A stretch of 64,000 nucleotides of DNA from an uncultured Marinobacter sp. (GCF_913055835.1 NZ_CAJXKQ010000008.1:28981-92980), one strand, 5' to 3'. Shown: positions 9,763 to 19,336, numbered from the stretch's first letter. Notes: generated by a model from the letters alone, not told the origin. Numbers and translations: made by a program.

Positions 9763-10756
9763 ACCCGTTCTTGGCCAGCCAGTCGTTGGTAGTTTCCTGC
9801 CAGCTGTGGGTCAGGTTGTGGAGATTGAGTTTCCGCCGTTCCCGGAAGAGTCGGCGCATATCGGCCAGATCGTCCGGATTATTGGCCAGTTGCTCCAGGA
9901 CGATCCAATCGTTCCACACGGTGGAAAAATGCCAATCAGGATTATCGATGTCGCAATCCGGCAAGCGGTAGTGCAGGGTGGGCCGGCTCTTGATCCTCGG
10001 ATCCCGCACATGGCGTTCAAGGCGCTCCCTGTCCAGATGGGCAAAGAGCGGCAGCAGATCAAGCGCCCGGTTGCGGGTCGGATTGAACTCCAGGTAGTCC
10101 TCCATCAGCTCGCCAAGGTTTGGATGGTAGTTTTCTTCCATCAGAAGCTCGGTGTAGCGGCCGTGCCAGGGTTCGATATAGGTGGTGAATTTGCGGCTGA
10201 CATCCAGCTGATGCCGGTTCTTGAGCCAGTCGTACAACGCCGCAAACGCCTGGAAGTAACGGACCATTGTCTCTGGCCTGAGATCGGGCAATTCCGGGTT
10301 AAGCTGCAGGCCGAACGCGAAGTAGATGGCATCCCGGCTGCCCAGTGCACCGGCCTCTCTGAGGTTGTCGACGAGGGATTCGATGGCTTCCAGGCTGGAA
10401 AATGGCAGGGGAGGGCTGATGATCTCCAGGGGCACAACGCGCTCGGCGGCTGCATCGATCACGTCCATTGCCTGGCCTCCCAACTCCCGGATGGATTCCG
10501 GAAGCCGCTCATCGGCCAGATCAAGATCCTTGATAGGATCGGAATCCAGTTCCACCGTGAATTCGCCCAGCTCTGTTTGCAGCGCCGTTACATATCGTGA
10601 CTTCAGTACCGGGGTTCCTTTCAGCAGTCTGGCGGCCAGTGTGACCAGCTCATCGTAGCCCAGACCAGACAATTCGATCTCGACGCCAACGCGGCGTTCC
10701 TTCCCTTCGTTTGTCTCCAGGACATCAGGCATCCTGCAGGTGCTGTCTTGAGTCAT
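9755..10756 (-). CDS. Amidoligase_2 family (glutamine synthetase / glutamate-cysteine ligase-like COOH-NH2 ligase)
   Basis: RRVGVEIELSG, LEIISPPLP, AFGLQLNPE, KSRPTLHYRLP; 8-bp overlap with the C26 gene. Confidence 0.8.
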   Translation of the reverse strand: MTQDSTCRMPDVLETNEGKERRVGVEIELSGLGYDELVTLAARLLKGTPVLKSRYVTALQTELGEFTVELDSDPIKDLDLADERLPESIRELGGQAMDVIDAAAERVVPLEIISPPLPFSSLEAIESLVDNLREAGALGSRDAIYFAFGLQLNPELPDLRPETMVRYFQAFAALYDWLKNRHQLDVSRKFTTYIEPWHGRYTELLMEENYHPNLGELMEDYLEFNPTRNRALDLLPLFAHLDRERLERHVRDPRIKSRPTLHYRLPDCDIDNPDWHFSTVWNDWIVLEQLANNPDDLADMRRLFRERRKLNLHNLTHSWQETTNDWLAKNGYV

Positions 10757-10852
10757 GCTGCTCCCAGGTTCGTGAGGACTCGTGCATCAACCATATCACA
10801 CCGCTGTTGATCATCATTGTTAAGCGAACGCAAGAAAATCATGGGGGTTGAC

Positions 10853-10881
10853 TTTACACTGGATAAAACACTGTATATAGT
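10853..10881 (+). promoter_or_regulatory. Candidate sigma70 promoter of lexA
   Basis: TTTACA-17 bp-TATAGT; the -10 overlaps the upstream SOS-like box. Confidence 0.55.
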
Positions 10882-10904
10882 CACTGTACTGTATATAAAA
10901 ACAG
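10871..10904 (+). promoter_or_regulatory. Tandem LexA (SOS) boxes
   Basis: Perfect CTGT-N8-ACAG (CTGTATATAAAAACAG, 10889-10904) and one-mismatch CTGTATATAGTCACTG (10871-10886) upstream of lexA. Confidence 0.88.
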
Positions 10905-10968
10905 GGCGCCCGAAACGGGTTTCCGTAAGGAAAATCCGAGCTCGGGCCCGAATTAGCGGAGTAGCTTG

Positions 10969-11577
10969 ATGAAGCTCACAGCAAGGCAGTCACAGGTACT
11001 GGAGATCATACGCCGATACGTCGATGAGACCGGCTATCCGCCAACCCGCGCTGAAATCGCTGCGGAGCTGGGCTTCCGTTCGGCCAATGCCGCGGAGGAG
11101 CACCTTCGTGCGCTGGCCCGGAAAGGGGCCATTGAAATGGTGCCCGGTGCCAGTCGCGGGATCCGCCTGCCTGAGGCCGAAGAGGATCTGGGGTTGCCGG
11201 TTATTGGGCAGGTCGCGGCGGGTAGTCCAATTCTCGCCCAGGAGCATATTGAGGATCATTGTACGCTTCAGCCTGAGTTCTTCTCGCCGTCTGCAGATTA
11301 CCTGCTGCGGGTTCGGGGCATGAGCATGAAGGATATTGGCATTCTTGATGGCGATTTACTGGCAGTGCACAGCACCCAGGATGTTCACAATGGCCAGGTG
11401 GTGGTTGCCCGGGTTGGCGATGAGGTCACGGTAAAACGTTTCCGCAGGGAAGGATCAAAAGTCTACCTGATTGCCGAGAACGAGGAATTCGCACCTATTG
11501 AAGTGGACCTGACCGAACAGGAACTGTTCATCGAAGGTCTGGGTGTCGGTGTTATCCGCCGCTCTGATCTGCACTGA
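10969..11577 (+). CDS. lexA: SOS repressor LexA
   Basis: [10 protein letters not shown] wHTH, VAAG autocleavage site, GMSM (Ser), VTVKRF (Lys); ATG at 10969 (in-frame TTG at 10966 also possible). Confidence 0.98.
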   Translation: MKLTARQSQVLEIIRRYVDETGYPPTRAEIAAELGFRSANAAEEHLRALARKGAIEMVPGASRGIRLPEAEEDLGLPVIGQVAAGSPILAQEHIEDHCTLQPEFFSPSADYLLRVRGMSMKDIGILDGDLLAVHSTQDVHNGQVVVARVGDEVTVKRFRREGSKVYLIAENEEFAPIEVDLTEQELFIEGLGVGVIRRSDLH

Positions 11578-11618
11578 TCAGGCCGGATAGCCTCTGATAG
11601 ATTGAAAACGGGTGAATT

Positions 11619-12110
11619 ATGGAACAAATGAGCTTTAATCAGAATCTGGCCTACAATCCCAATGCTCTGTCCTGTTCAGTGCCGGCAACTGCCGCCCGCG
11701 AGCGACGCTCTGTCATTCGCGCCCGACGTTCTTCGGAGCCTTCTGATGCGAGGGCTTCGGGCAATGTAACGGAAATTATCCTGCCCGAGGGTCAGGTGGA
11801 AAACTTCCAGCTACTGTTGCCCATGCTTACCCAGCTGAATCAGGAAAAGCGTTGGCTGGCCTGGATCGACCCGCCTCAGGCGTTGGTCAGCAAGTGGCAA
11901 AAAATGCATGGCATCGTGGCGGGCGAGTTGCTGGTGCTTCGATCAACACCGGACTATCCCGCGCAGGAGCTGGCCGAGCGAGCCCTCAGCGCAGGTACGT
12001 GTCATGCGGTAGTGATGTGGACCCGTAAATTGGGCCGCACTGCCCTCGAATCCCTGCAAAAGGCTTCTGCCGAAGGCAACAGCCATGGGGTGGTTCTCAG
12101 GCAGCGTTAA
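11619..12110 (+). CDS. sulA: SOS cell-division inhibitor SulA
   Basis: LLLPMLTQL..RWLAWIDPP..ERALSAGTCHAVVMW; directly downstream of lexA as in pseudomonads. Confidence 0.85.
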   Translation: MEQMSFNQNLAYNPNALSCSVPATAARERRSVIRARRSSEPSDARASGNVTEIILPEGQVENFQLLLPMLTQLNQEKRWLAWIDPPQALVSKWQKMHGIVAGELLVLRSTPDYPAQELAERALSAGTCHAVVMWTRKLGRTALESLQKASAEGNSHGVVLRQR

Positions 12111-12114
12111 TTAC

Positions 12115-12375
12115 TCAGTGGAGAGTGTAGGAGGGCTGGGCGTCTGGGGCGTCCAGTTCGTCATCTTCCCAGTCGATATCGTGGGCAACATTGCCAACCG
12201 CCTCAATACCTGCGGCAATCATTGCTTTGGCGACTGACATATCACGGTCTTCCATCATTTCCCGGGCTTCTTCCGAGAAAGAGATTCTTACCAGCGGCGC
12301 ACTGTCATCATCAATGCGGCGCAGGGCGTAATCACCGTTGGTCAGTTGCACGATTTCAAAAAACGATGGTGACAT
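12115..12375 (-). CDS. Conserved small acidic hypothetical protein (type found next to lexA-sulA in pseudomonads)
   Basis: Start moved to MSPSFFEIVQL at 12375; ends ...SYTLH; position convergent on sulA. Confidence 0.65.
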   Translation of the reverse strand: MSPSFFEIVQLTNGDYALRRIDDDSAPLVRISFSEEAREMMEDRDMSVAKAMIAAGIEAVGNVAHDIDWEDDELDAPDAQPSYTLH

Positions 12376-12427
12376 TAAATAAACCTTCAAGTTAATAAGA
12401 TCTGAAACTGCCTGCCGCTGAAGTGGC

Positions 12428-12940
12428 TTACCACTCGCTGTGCTGGTCTTCCAGATCATCGGCAAAATGTTTGACGGCGTTCAGGGTTTTCAGTAACGCC
12501 GTAGCGGATCTATCCGGGCCGGCATCGGCGGATACCGCAATGATGTTCTCCGCGCTCACGGTTTTTTTGGTCGCCGGTGGTCGGCTCTGTGAGCGTTCCA
12601 GTTGTTCCATGTGGTTCCACCAGCTTCCTGAGCGCTGTTCCAGTTCTCTCAGCCGACCGATTTCATTCGGTTCTGGTCCGATCAGAGCGGCCAGTTCATC
12701 CAGAGTTGCAGGTTCTTCCGATTTTCTCTGGTACAGCCTGGCAACCATCACCAGCAATAATTTCCGGGACCGTAGGAGCAACTCGATTGCTCCCTGGATG
12801 GCTGCCTCACGGCGCAAGGCCTGTTCCGCCTCATTAGGGGGTTGGCCTTCACCCTCAGCTCCTGCCTGGTCCAGTTGTCCCAGCAAAGTGCGGGCGAGAA
12901 AGAGCTTTTGCGAAACCAGTGAGTGCCATTGCGAGGCCAT
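12428..12940 (-). CDS. Conserved hypothetical protein (DUF6586-like)
   Basis: 170 aa; SQKLFLARTLL N-terminus; syntenic position recalled from pseudomonads. Confidence 0.65.
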   Translation of the reverse strand: MASQWHSLVSQKLFLARTLLGQLDQAGAEGEGQPPNEAEQALRREAAIQGAIELLLRSRKLLLVMVARLYQRKSEEPATLDELAALIGPEPNEIGRLRELEQRSGSWWNHMEQLERSQSRPPATKKTVSAENIIAVSADAGPDRSATALLKTLNAVKHFADDLEDQHSEW

Positions 12941-13066
12941 GGAATACCTTCAATCGCCAGCGCGGGTGTAACCCCGGAAAATTAATTGGCCACTATACCA
13001 TTTCTGGTGGCAAATTTCTTCAACTGTCTGGGCAGGCAGGTTTCACAAGAAAATACAAACATTCAC

Positions 13067-13084
13067 TTGAAACGACCGTTTGAA
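13067..13084. promoter_or_regulatory. Candidate PsrA-type (TetR family, fatty-acid responsive) operator
   Basis: TTGAAACGACCGTTTGAA is near-palindromic and matches (C/G)AAAC-N4-GTTTG; about 80 bp upstream of the DUF1329 gene. Confidence 0.5.
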
Positions 13085-13163
13085 TTTGGCAAAAAGGCGC
13101 CCGGCTGTGCGAGTTCTGATCGTTGCGGCTACCCAACAGCATGAACTTCTGGAGGTGTAAGGG

Positions 13164-14522
13164 ATGCGAAGCCACATCGTTGCAGGTGTCGCCCTGGTTT
13201 TTCTCGGTTTTTCCGGACAGGCTCTGGCCAAAGTCACGACCGCCGAAGCCGAGCGGTTGGGTGAGGATCTCACTCCGGTTGGAGCCGAGCGGGAGGGCAA
13301 CCGGTCAGGCAGCATTCCCGAGTGGACCGGAGGCCTTGCTACGCCCCCGGAGGGTTGGCGCAAGGGCCAGGTTGAAATTGATCCATTTCCGGAAGATGAG
13401 GCCCTTTTCGTTATAACCTCCGACAATCTTGACCTGTACCGGGATAAGCTGTCGGATGGCCACATTGCCATGCTGGAGAAGTATGGGCCTGACTTTTTCA
13501 TGCCGGTTTACCAGACCCGGCGCACCGCCGCGTTTCCGGAGCATGTTTACGACAAGTTTCGCGACAATGCCCTCACAGCGGAGCTGCTCGACAATGGTAA
13601 TGGTGTCCGTGACACCATCATGACCAGCCCGTTCCCGATTCCGAAAGACGGCCTGGAAGTCATCTGGAACCACATCCTGCGTTACCGGGGGGAAGAGATT
13701 TCCCTGCGCAGTGCGTCTGCGACGCCGCAGAGGGATGGCTCCTACAATCCGGTGATCAATGATTACGACTACTTTTTTGCTTATAGTCAGAAAGGAGCGG
13801 AACTGGCGGAAATCGATAACAAGATTTTCTACCTGAAGACAGACACCATTGCGCCCTCGTCGCTGGCTGGCACCATTACGCTGGTCCACGAAACCCTCGA
13901 TCAGGTGCGCTCACCGCGTCTGGCCTGGCGTTATGATTCCGGTTCCCGGCGGCTTCGCAGGTCGCCCAACCTGGCCTACGAGACCGACCTTCCGAATTCA
14001 TCGTCCCTGCGTTCGGTAGACCAGAAAGATATGTACAACGGGGCGCCCAACCAGTACGACTGGGAGCTGAAAGGCAAGCGGGAGCTGTTCGTGCCCTACA
14101 ACGCCTACAAGCTGCACGGTCCGCAGGTTGAAGCCGATGACGTGATTCGTCCGGGCCACATCAATCAGGAACTGACCCGGTATGAGCTTCATCGGGTATG
14201 GGTGGTGGAAGCGAAACGCCGGACCGGGATCAGCCACATCTATGATCGCCGCGTTTTCTACGTGGATGAGGACAGCTGGCAGATTCTGGCCTCCGAGGAA
14301 TACGATGCGGAGGGAAATTTGTGGCGTGTGTCCGAGGCCCACAACATCAGCTATTACAGTGAGCCGGTTTTCTGGACTACCATGGAGATGACTTACGACC
14401 TGAAGGCGGAGCGTTACTACATTGATGGGTTGGATGATGGTTTCCCGGCGTATGATTTCAGCCCCGGGTTCCGGGGCAGTGAGTTTACTGCCTCAGCTGC
14501 CCGTCGTGCTGCTCGCCGTTGA
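13164..14522 (+). CDS. DUF1329 family periplasmic protein
   Basis: Signal peptide ..GQALA-KVT without lipobox Cys; LTPVGAEREGN..GSIPEW, RLAWRY..RRLRRSPN, ELHRVWVVEA, YVDEDSWQI. Confidence 0.9.
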   Translation: MRSHIVAGVALVFLGFSGQALAKVTTAEAERLGEDLTPVGAEREGNRSGSIPEWTGGLATPPEGWRKGQVEIDPFPEDEALFVITSDNLDLYRDKLSDGHIAMLEKYGPDFFMPVYQTRRTAAFPEHVYDKFRDNALTAELLDNGNGVRDTIMTSPFPIPKDGLEVIWNHILRYRGEEISLRSASATPQRDGSYNPVINDYDYFFAYSQKGAELAEIDNKIFYLKTDTIAPSSLAGTITLVHETLDQVRSPRLAWRYDSGSRRLRRSPNLAYETDLPNSSSLRSVDQKDMYNGAPNQYDWELKGKRELFVPYNAYKLHGPQVEADDVIRPGHINQELTRYELHRVWVVEAKRRTGISHIYDRRVFYVDEDSWQILASEEYDAEGNLWRVSEAHNISYYSEPVFWTTMEMTYDLKAERYYIDGLDDGFPAYDFSPGFRGSEFTASAARRAARR

Positions 14523-14539
14523 ATTTCAAGGAGACCGAC

Positions 14540-14869
14540 ATGGCAGACCCGCAGACTCACCTCGACCACCTCGACCAGCTGATGGCCGATCTTGGTCGCG
14601 CTCTCGCGGACAAAGACTGGGAGGCGATGGCCAGTCTTAACGAGAAGGTGAAGCCGGCCGTCGAGCCACTCATGGCTGCCCTGGAAGCGGGAGAGGTGGA
14701 GGCGGAGCCGGTGAGGCTCCGCTTGCAGGAGTTGCAGCAGTTTATTGACGCAGCGGATGAATCTGCCCGCATTGCCCGCAAGGAAGCGGAAGACGGTCTC
14801 AAGGGAGTCAACCGGAATCGAAGTGCAGCAAAGGCCTATCAGAACGTCTCCTCGAATCGACCGAAATAG
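14540..14869 (+). CDS. fliT: Probable FliT-like flagellar chaperone
   Basis: 109 aa all-helical; DWEAM..LNE, C-terminal RSAAKAYQ; directly upstream of fleQ; AGGAGA RBS before ATG 14540. Confidence 0.55.
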   Translation: MADPQTHLDHLDQLMADLGRALADKDWEAMASLNEKVKPAVEPLMAALEAGEVEAEPVRLRLQELQQFIDAADESARIARKEAEDGLKGVNRNRSAAKAYQNVSSNRPK

Positions 14870-14870
14870 C

Positions 14871-14884
14871 GTCATAAAATTGAC
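14871..14884 (+). promoter_or_regulatory. FleQ-box-like site overlapping a TTGACT -35 upstream of fleQ
   Basis: GTCATAAAATTGAC differs at one position from the P. aeruginosa FleQ consensus GTCaNTAAAtTGAC as I recall it. Confidence 0.55.
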
Positions 14885-14939
14885 TCTGTCGTCCTTACAG
14901 TCTTAAATACCGCACAAATCCCTCAAGAGATCCGGTTGA

Positions 14940-16391
14940 ATGTCTAAAAATAACAAAGTGCTGGTGCTGAGCGAGGACGATTCAAGATTGCGGGACATGG
15001 TCACCATTCTTGAGTTCATCGGCGAGGAGCAGGTCCTTGCTGGCGATGACGCCAGGGCACTTTTGAACAGCGGCGACGAGGATAGCCTTTCAGATATCTC
15101 GGTCGCGGTGGTGAACGGAGAGGACGCTGGCGCCACCGAGGCCATTACGACTGTCAGCAATGCCGTCAAGGGAGTTCCTTTGCTGGTTGTTGGGCATCCT
15201 GAACTGAAGGGCCTGCCCGATGATGCCAGCGGGCGCATTATTGCCCGCATGGAATGGCCGCTGAATTACACCAAGTTTGTTGATTCCCTCTACCGGGCCC
15301 AGATTTACCGGGACCAGTTCAGCCGTTCCCGGGAGCGGGGCCAGCAGCGAGGTCTTCAGCTCTTTCGCAGCCTTGTGGGAACCAGCCGTAAGGTCCAGCA
15401 GGTACGGCAGTTGATGGAACAGGTGGCCGATAAGGACGTCAGTGTCCTGATTACCGGCGAATCGGGCACCGGCAAGGAGGTGGTTGCCCGCAACCTGCAT
15501 TATCATTCGTCCCGCCGGGACAAACCGTTTGTGCCGGTTAACTGTGGCGCCATTCCGGCCGAACTGCTGGAAAGCGAACTGTTCGGCCATGAAAAAGGCG
15601 CCTTTACCGGTGCAATCACGGCCCGGGTAGGGCGCTTCGAGATGGCGGAGGGCGGTACCCTGTTTCTGGACGAGATCGGCGACATGCCGCTCAACATGCA
15701 GGTGAAGATTCTTCGGGTTTTGCAGGAGCGTACCTTCGAGCGGGTGGGTAGCAATCGGACCCAGTCCGCGGATGTTCGGGTAATTGCCGCCACTCACAAG
15801 CATCTGGAAGACATGATCGAGTCCGGGGATTTCCGGGAGGATCTCTATTACCGCCTGAATGTGTTCCCCATCGAAATGCCGGCTCTGCGTGATCGGGTGG
15901 AAGATATTCCCCTGCTGATCAACGAGCTTATTTCCCGGATGGAAAAAGAGAAGCGCGGTTCGTTGCGGATGAACTCGGCGGCGATCATGAGTCTGTGTCG
16001 CCACGATTGGCCCGGTAATGTCCGTGAGCTGGCCAATCTGGTTGAACGCCTGTCGATCATGCACCCCTACGGCGTGATTGGCGTGCAGGAGCTGCCCAAG
16101 AAGTTCCGCTATGTTGACGACTACGACGAAAACCGTCCGGTGGAGGACACCGGGATGCCATCCAGCATTCCCGGTCTGGTGGGTCTGGATGCCCCGGCGT
16201 TGTTGCCGGTGAACGGCATTGACCTCAAGGACTACCTCTCCAACCTCGAGAAGCAGCTGATCCAACAGGCGCTCGACGAAGCCGGTGGTGTGGTGGCCAG
16301 GGCGGCCGAGAAGCTGCGAATCCGTCGCACCACCCTGGTCGAGAAGGTTCGCAAGTACGGGCTCCGGGAAGAGGAATCCGAGGAATCCTGA
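14940..16391 (+). CDS. fleQ: Sigma54-dependent flagellar master regulator FleQ/FlrA
   Basis: [15 protein letters not shown]-terminal HTH; c-di-GMP-contact motifs LFRS and ELISR retained. Confidence 0.95.
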   Translation: MSKNNKVLVLSEDDSRLRDMVTILEFIGEEQVLAGDDARALLNSGDEDSLSDISVAVVNGEDAGATEAITTVSNAVKGVPLLVVGHPELKGLPDDASGRIIARMEWPLNYTKFVDSLYRAQIYRDQFSRSRERGQQRGLQLFRSLVGTSRKVQQVRQLMEQVADKDVSVLITGESGTGKEVVARNLHYHSSRRDKPFVPVNCGAIPAELLESELFGHEKGAFTGAITARVGRFEMAEGGTLFLDEIGDMPLNMQVKILRVLQERTFERVGSNRTQSADVRVIAATHKHLEDMIESGDFREDLYYRLNVFPIEMPALRDRVEDIPLLINELISRMEKEKRGSLRMNSAAIMSLCRHDWPGNVRELANLVERLSIMHPYGVIGVQELPKKFRYVDDYDENRPVEDTGMPSSIPGLVGLDAPALLPVNGIDLKDYLSNLEKQLIQQALDEAGGVVARAAEKLRIRRTTLVEKVRKYGLREEESEES

Positions 16392-16537
16392 CCGGGAATG
16401 TCCGGTTTCTGAAGTTGCTGAAACGGCGTCAAAGGTTCGTAACCTGAGGCGCCGTTTGCATTTCCCGCCGACGTAAAATTGTCATTCCCCTCTTCCGGAA
16501 TTACCTTTCTTTCTGAAATATATAGAAAAATTCAAGT

Positions 16538-16553
16538 TGGCACGGTGCTGGCT
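16538..16553 (+). promoter_or_regulatory. Sigma54 promoter of fleSR
   Basis: TGGCACGGTGCTGGCT (GG-N10-GC) preceded by an AT-rich tract. Confidence 0.7.
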
Positions 16554-16621
16554 TAAGAACCTGCAAACGAAGTATCCGAACTATGGGGTCCGAACCGACG
16601 GGCCGATCGGGGAGTCAGGTT

Positions 16622-17860
16622 ATGAGTCAGGCACAGTTTGTTCTTCAGTCCGGCGCGGGCAGCGCGAAAGCCAACGCTGCGGCGGATGTAAACGACAAGG
16701 TTACGGCCCTGTTTCCAGAGCAGGACGACGCGGCGGTGGATTCCGCCCTGGAATTGTTCAACCGGATGTCGCGACAGATTACTGACTCCTACAGAACCCT
16801 TGAATCACGGGTCAACCAGCTTTCCGGCGAGCTGACTCAGGAATCGCTTCAGCGTCAACAGGAGCTTGAAGAGAAAGAGCAACTGGCGGACCGCCTGTCG
16901 ACCCTTCTGAAAGCATTGCCGGCCGGCGTTGTGGTCCTGGACAGCCAGGGCGTGGTGACGCAGACGAACCCGGCAGCCATTGCGTTGCTGGGAGAACCCC
17001 TGGATGGCGCCCGCTGGGTGGATGTCATCCATCGCTGTTTCGCGCCCCGGCGGGACGATGGCCACGAGGTTTCCCTGAAAGACGGTCGCAGGGTCAGCAT
17101 CGAGATCCGGACCATGGAGAACCAGCCCGGCCAGCTGATTCTGCTGACCGACCTTACTGAAACCCGGCATTTGCAGGCGCAGCTGGCCCACGCCCAGCGT
17201 CTGTCTGCCATGGGCAAGATGGTTGCGTCCCTTGCTCACCAGATTCGCACCCCGCTGTCTGCGGCCATTCTCTATGGCGGCCATCTGAGCCAGGAAGACC
17301 TGGATGAGGAAATGCGACAGCGCTGTGCCTCGCGTTTGATGTCCCGCCTGACCCATCTGGAGCAACAGGTGCGCGATATGCTGATCTTCGCCCGGGGCGA
17401 AACCCGGCTGGCAGAGGAGCTGTCTGCCGGTAAGCTGGTTTCAGCACTGGCCTCGGCTGTCGAAGGGCTGAAGCCTGCTCCCGGCGCACAGGTAAGTCTC
17501 GAGAACGACATCTCCAGCGACTGTCGTCTCATGTGTAACCGTGACGCCCTCGTAGGCGCCTGCACCAATCTTGTTAATAACAGCCTTGAAGCCGGTGCGA
17601 CCCATGTTGTCGTCCGGGTAAAGGAAGAAACCGGCGAACTCGTCATTCGTGTTCTGGATAACGGGCCGGGGTTCGAGTCTTCGGACGCGGGCCGTTTAAC
17701 AGAAGCTTTTTACACGACCAAATCCCACGGAACAGGGCTTGGTCTTGCGGTGGTACAGGCCGTTATCAAGGCCCATCAGGGGCGGTTCACCATTGAATCG
17801 CCGGACCAGGGCGGCGCCATCGCTACTTTGCGTCTACCGCAATTACGTAACAGACACTGA
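16622..17860 (+). CDS. fleS: PAS sensor histidine kinase FleS/FlrB
   Basis: LAHQIRTPL H-box, DNGPG, FYTTKSHGTGLGL; start moved to ATG 16622. Confidence 0.93.
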   Translation: MSQAQFVLQSGAGSAKANAAADVNDKVTALFPEQDDAAVDSALELFNRMSRQITDSYRTLESRVNQLSGELTQESLQRQQELEEKEQLADRLSTLLKALPAGVVVLDSQGVVTQTNPAAIALLGEPLDGARWVDVIHRCFAPRRDDGHEVSLKDGRRVSIEIRTMENQPGQLILLTDLTETRHLQAQLAHAQRLSAMGKMVASLAHQIRTPLSAAILYGGHLSQEDLDEEMRQRCASRLMSRLTHLEQQVRDMLIFARGETRLAEELSAGKLVSALASAVEGLKPAPGAQVSLENDISSDCRLMCNRDALVGACTNLVNNSLEAGATHVVVRVKEETGELVIRVLDNGPGFESSDAGRLTEAFYTTKSHGTGLGLAVVQAVIKAHQGRFTIESPDQGGAIATLRLPQLRNRH

Positions 17861-17872
17861 TCGGAGGCAACC

Positions 17873-19336
17873 ATGGCCAAGGCCCAGATTCTGATTGTTG
17901 AGGATGACCATGACCTGCGGGAAGCGCTGGTAACCACCCTTGAACTGGCAAAATTCCGGGTACGGGAAGCGTCCAATGCTAATGAGGCGCTCGAGAGACT
18001 GGCAGAGTCCCCGGTGGATATGGTGGTCAGCGATGTCAACATGCCGGGTCTGTCGGGGCACCAGTTGCTGGCCGAGGTCCAACGGTTGTATCCGGGGCTG
18101 CCAATGATGCTGATCACGGCCTATGGCCAGATTAGCGATGCGGTGTCGGCCATGCAGGCTGGCGCCATTGATTACCTGGTCAAGCCGTTCGAGCCGCGTT
18201 TCCTGGTGGACGCCGTCAGCAAGATCGTCGGCGGCGGGCGCGAAAAAGCCAGCGATGAGCCGGTGGCCGAGGATCCGATCAGCAAGCGCATGTTCCAGCT
18301 GGCAACCAAGGTGGCCGGCAGTGATTCGACGGTCATGATCTCCGGGGAAAGCGGAACCGGCAAGGAAGTGCTCGCCCGTTATATCCATCAGCAATCCCCA
18401 AGGGCGGATCAGCCCTTCGTGGCTATCAACTGTGCGGCGATTCCCGAAAACATGCTGGAGGCCATCCTGTTCGGGCACGAGAAGGGCGCCTTCACCGGTG
18501 CCGTCGCCTCTTCGCCCGGCAAGTTCGAGCAGGCCAACGGTGGCACCATTCTTCTGGACGAGATATCGGAGATGGACCTGGGGCTCCAGTCCAAGCTGTT
18601 GCGGGTGTTGCAGGAGCGCGAAGTGGAGCGGGTTGGTGGTCGCAAGACCATCAGTCTGGATGTCCGGGTAGTGGCAACGACCAACCGGGACCTCGCGGAT
18701 TACGTGCGCGAAGGCAAGTTCCGGGAAGATCTGTACTACCGCCTGACGGTGTTTCCGATGCACTGGCAGCCGCTCCGGGAGCGCCGACTGGACATCATGC
18801 CGTTGGCCACGTCGCTGCTTAAAAAACACTGCCGAAAAATGAAGCTGACCGGGATTGCCTTTGCCCAGGACGCGAAAAGCGCGTTGATGAATCATCAGTG
18901 GCCGGGCAATGTCCGGGAGCTGGACAACGCAATCCAGCGAGCCCTGGTGCTGCACCAGGGCAATGTTATTCACTCCGGCGACCTGTGCCTGGAGCTGGGT
19001 ATCACCGGCCGACCGGACATTCGGAGTGTGGAGCCGGCTTCGCCACCTGAATTCGGCGGCACCACAGAGGACGCGGCGGGCATTTCAGACTCCGGAAGTT
19101 CCGCCTGCGATCAGCCGCCTCATGGCCAGTTCGATGAGCCTGAAGGCGCAGTTTCGCTGGGGGATGATCTGAGACAGCAGGAATTCCGTATTATTATCCA
19201 GACACTCCGGAAAGAGCGTGGGCGTCGCAACAGGGCTGCAGAGCAATTGGGGATCAGTCCCCGAACACTCAGGTACAAGCTGGCCCAGATGCGCGACGCC
19301 GGAATCGATCTGGACGCCGAAATGGCCTTGGTCTGA
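17873..19336 (+). CDS. fleR: Sigma54-dependent response regulator FleR/FlrC
   Basis: Receiver domain (VVSDVNMP), [28 protein letters not shown]. Confidence 0.95.
   Translation: MAKAQILIVEDDHDLREALVTTLELAKFRVREASNANEALERLAESPVDMVVSDVNMPGLSGHQLLAEVQRLYPGLPMMLITAYGQISDAVSAMQAGAIDYLVKPFEPRFLVDAVSKIVGGGREKASDEPVAEDPISKRMFQLATKVAGSDSTVMISGESGTGKEVLARYIHQQSPRADQPFVAINCAAIPENMLEAILFGHEKGAFTGAVASSPGKFEQANGGTILLDEISEMDLGLQSKLLRVLQEREVERVGGRKTISLDVRVVATTNRDLADYVREGKFREDLYYRLTVFPMHWQPLRERRLDIMPLATSLLKKHCRKMKLTGIAFAQDAKSALMNHQWPGNVRELDNAIQRALVLHQGNVIHSGDLCLELGITGRPDIRSVEPASPPEFGGTTEDAAGISDSGSSACDQPPHGQFDEPEGAVSLGDDLRQQEFRIIIQTLRKERGRRNRAAEQLGISPRTLRYKLAQMRDAGIDLDAEMALV

Noticed and set aside
15090-16265. 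Long antisense ORFs opposite fleQ, and likewise opposite tamB, fleR, fliF, fliG, hsbR, fliM, uraA, flhA, flhF, cheZ, parC-like, the AAA gene and ccmF
   Set aside because: They lie fully opposite well-supported genes, show no family motifs, and are the expected shadow of GC-rich codon usage
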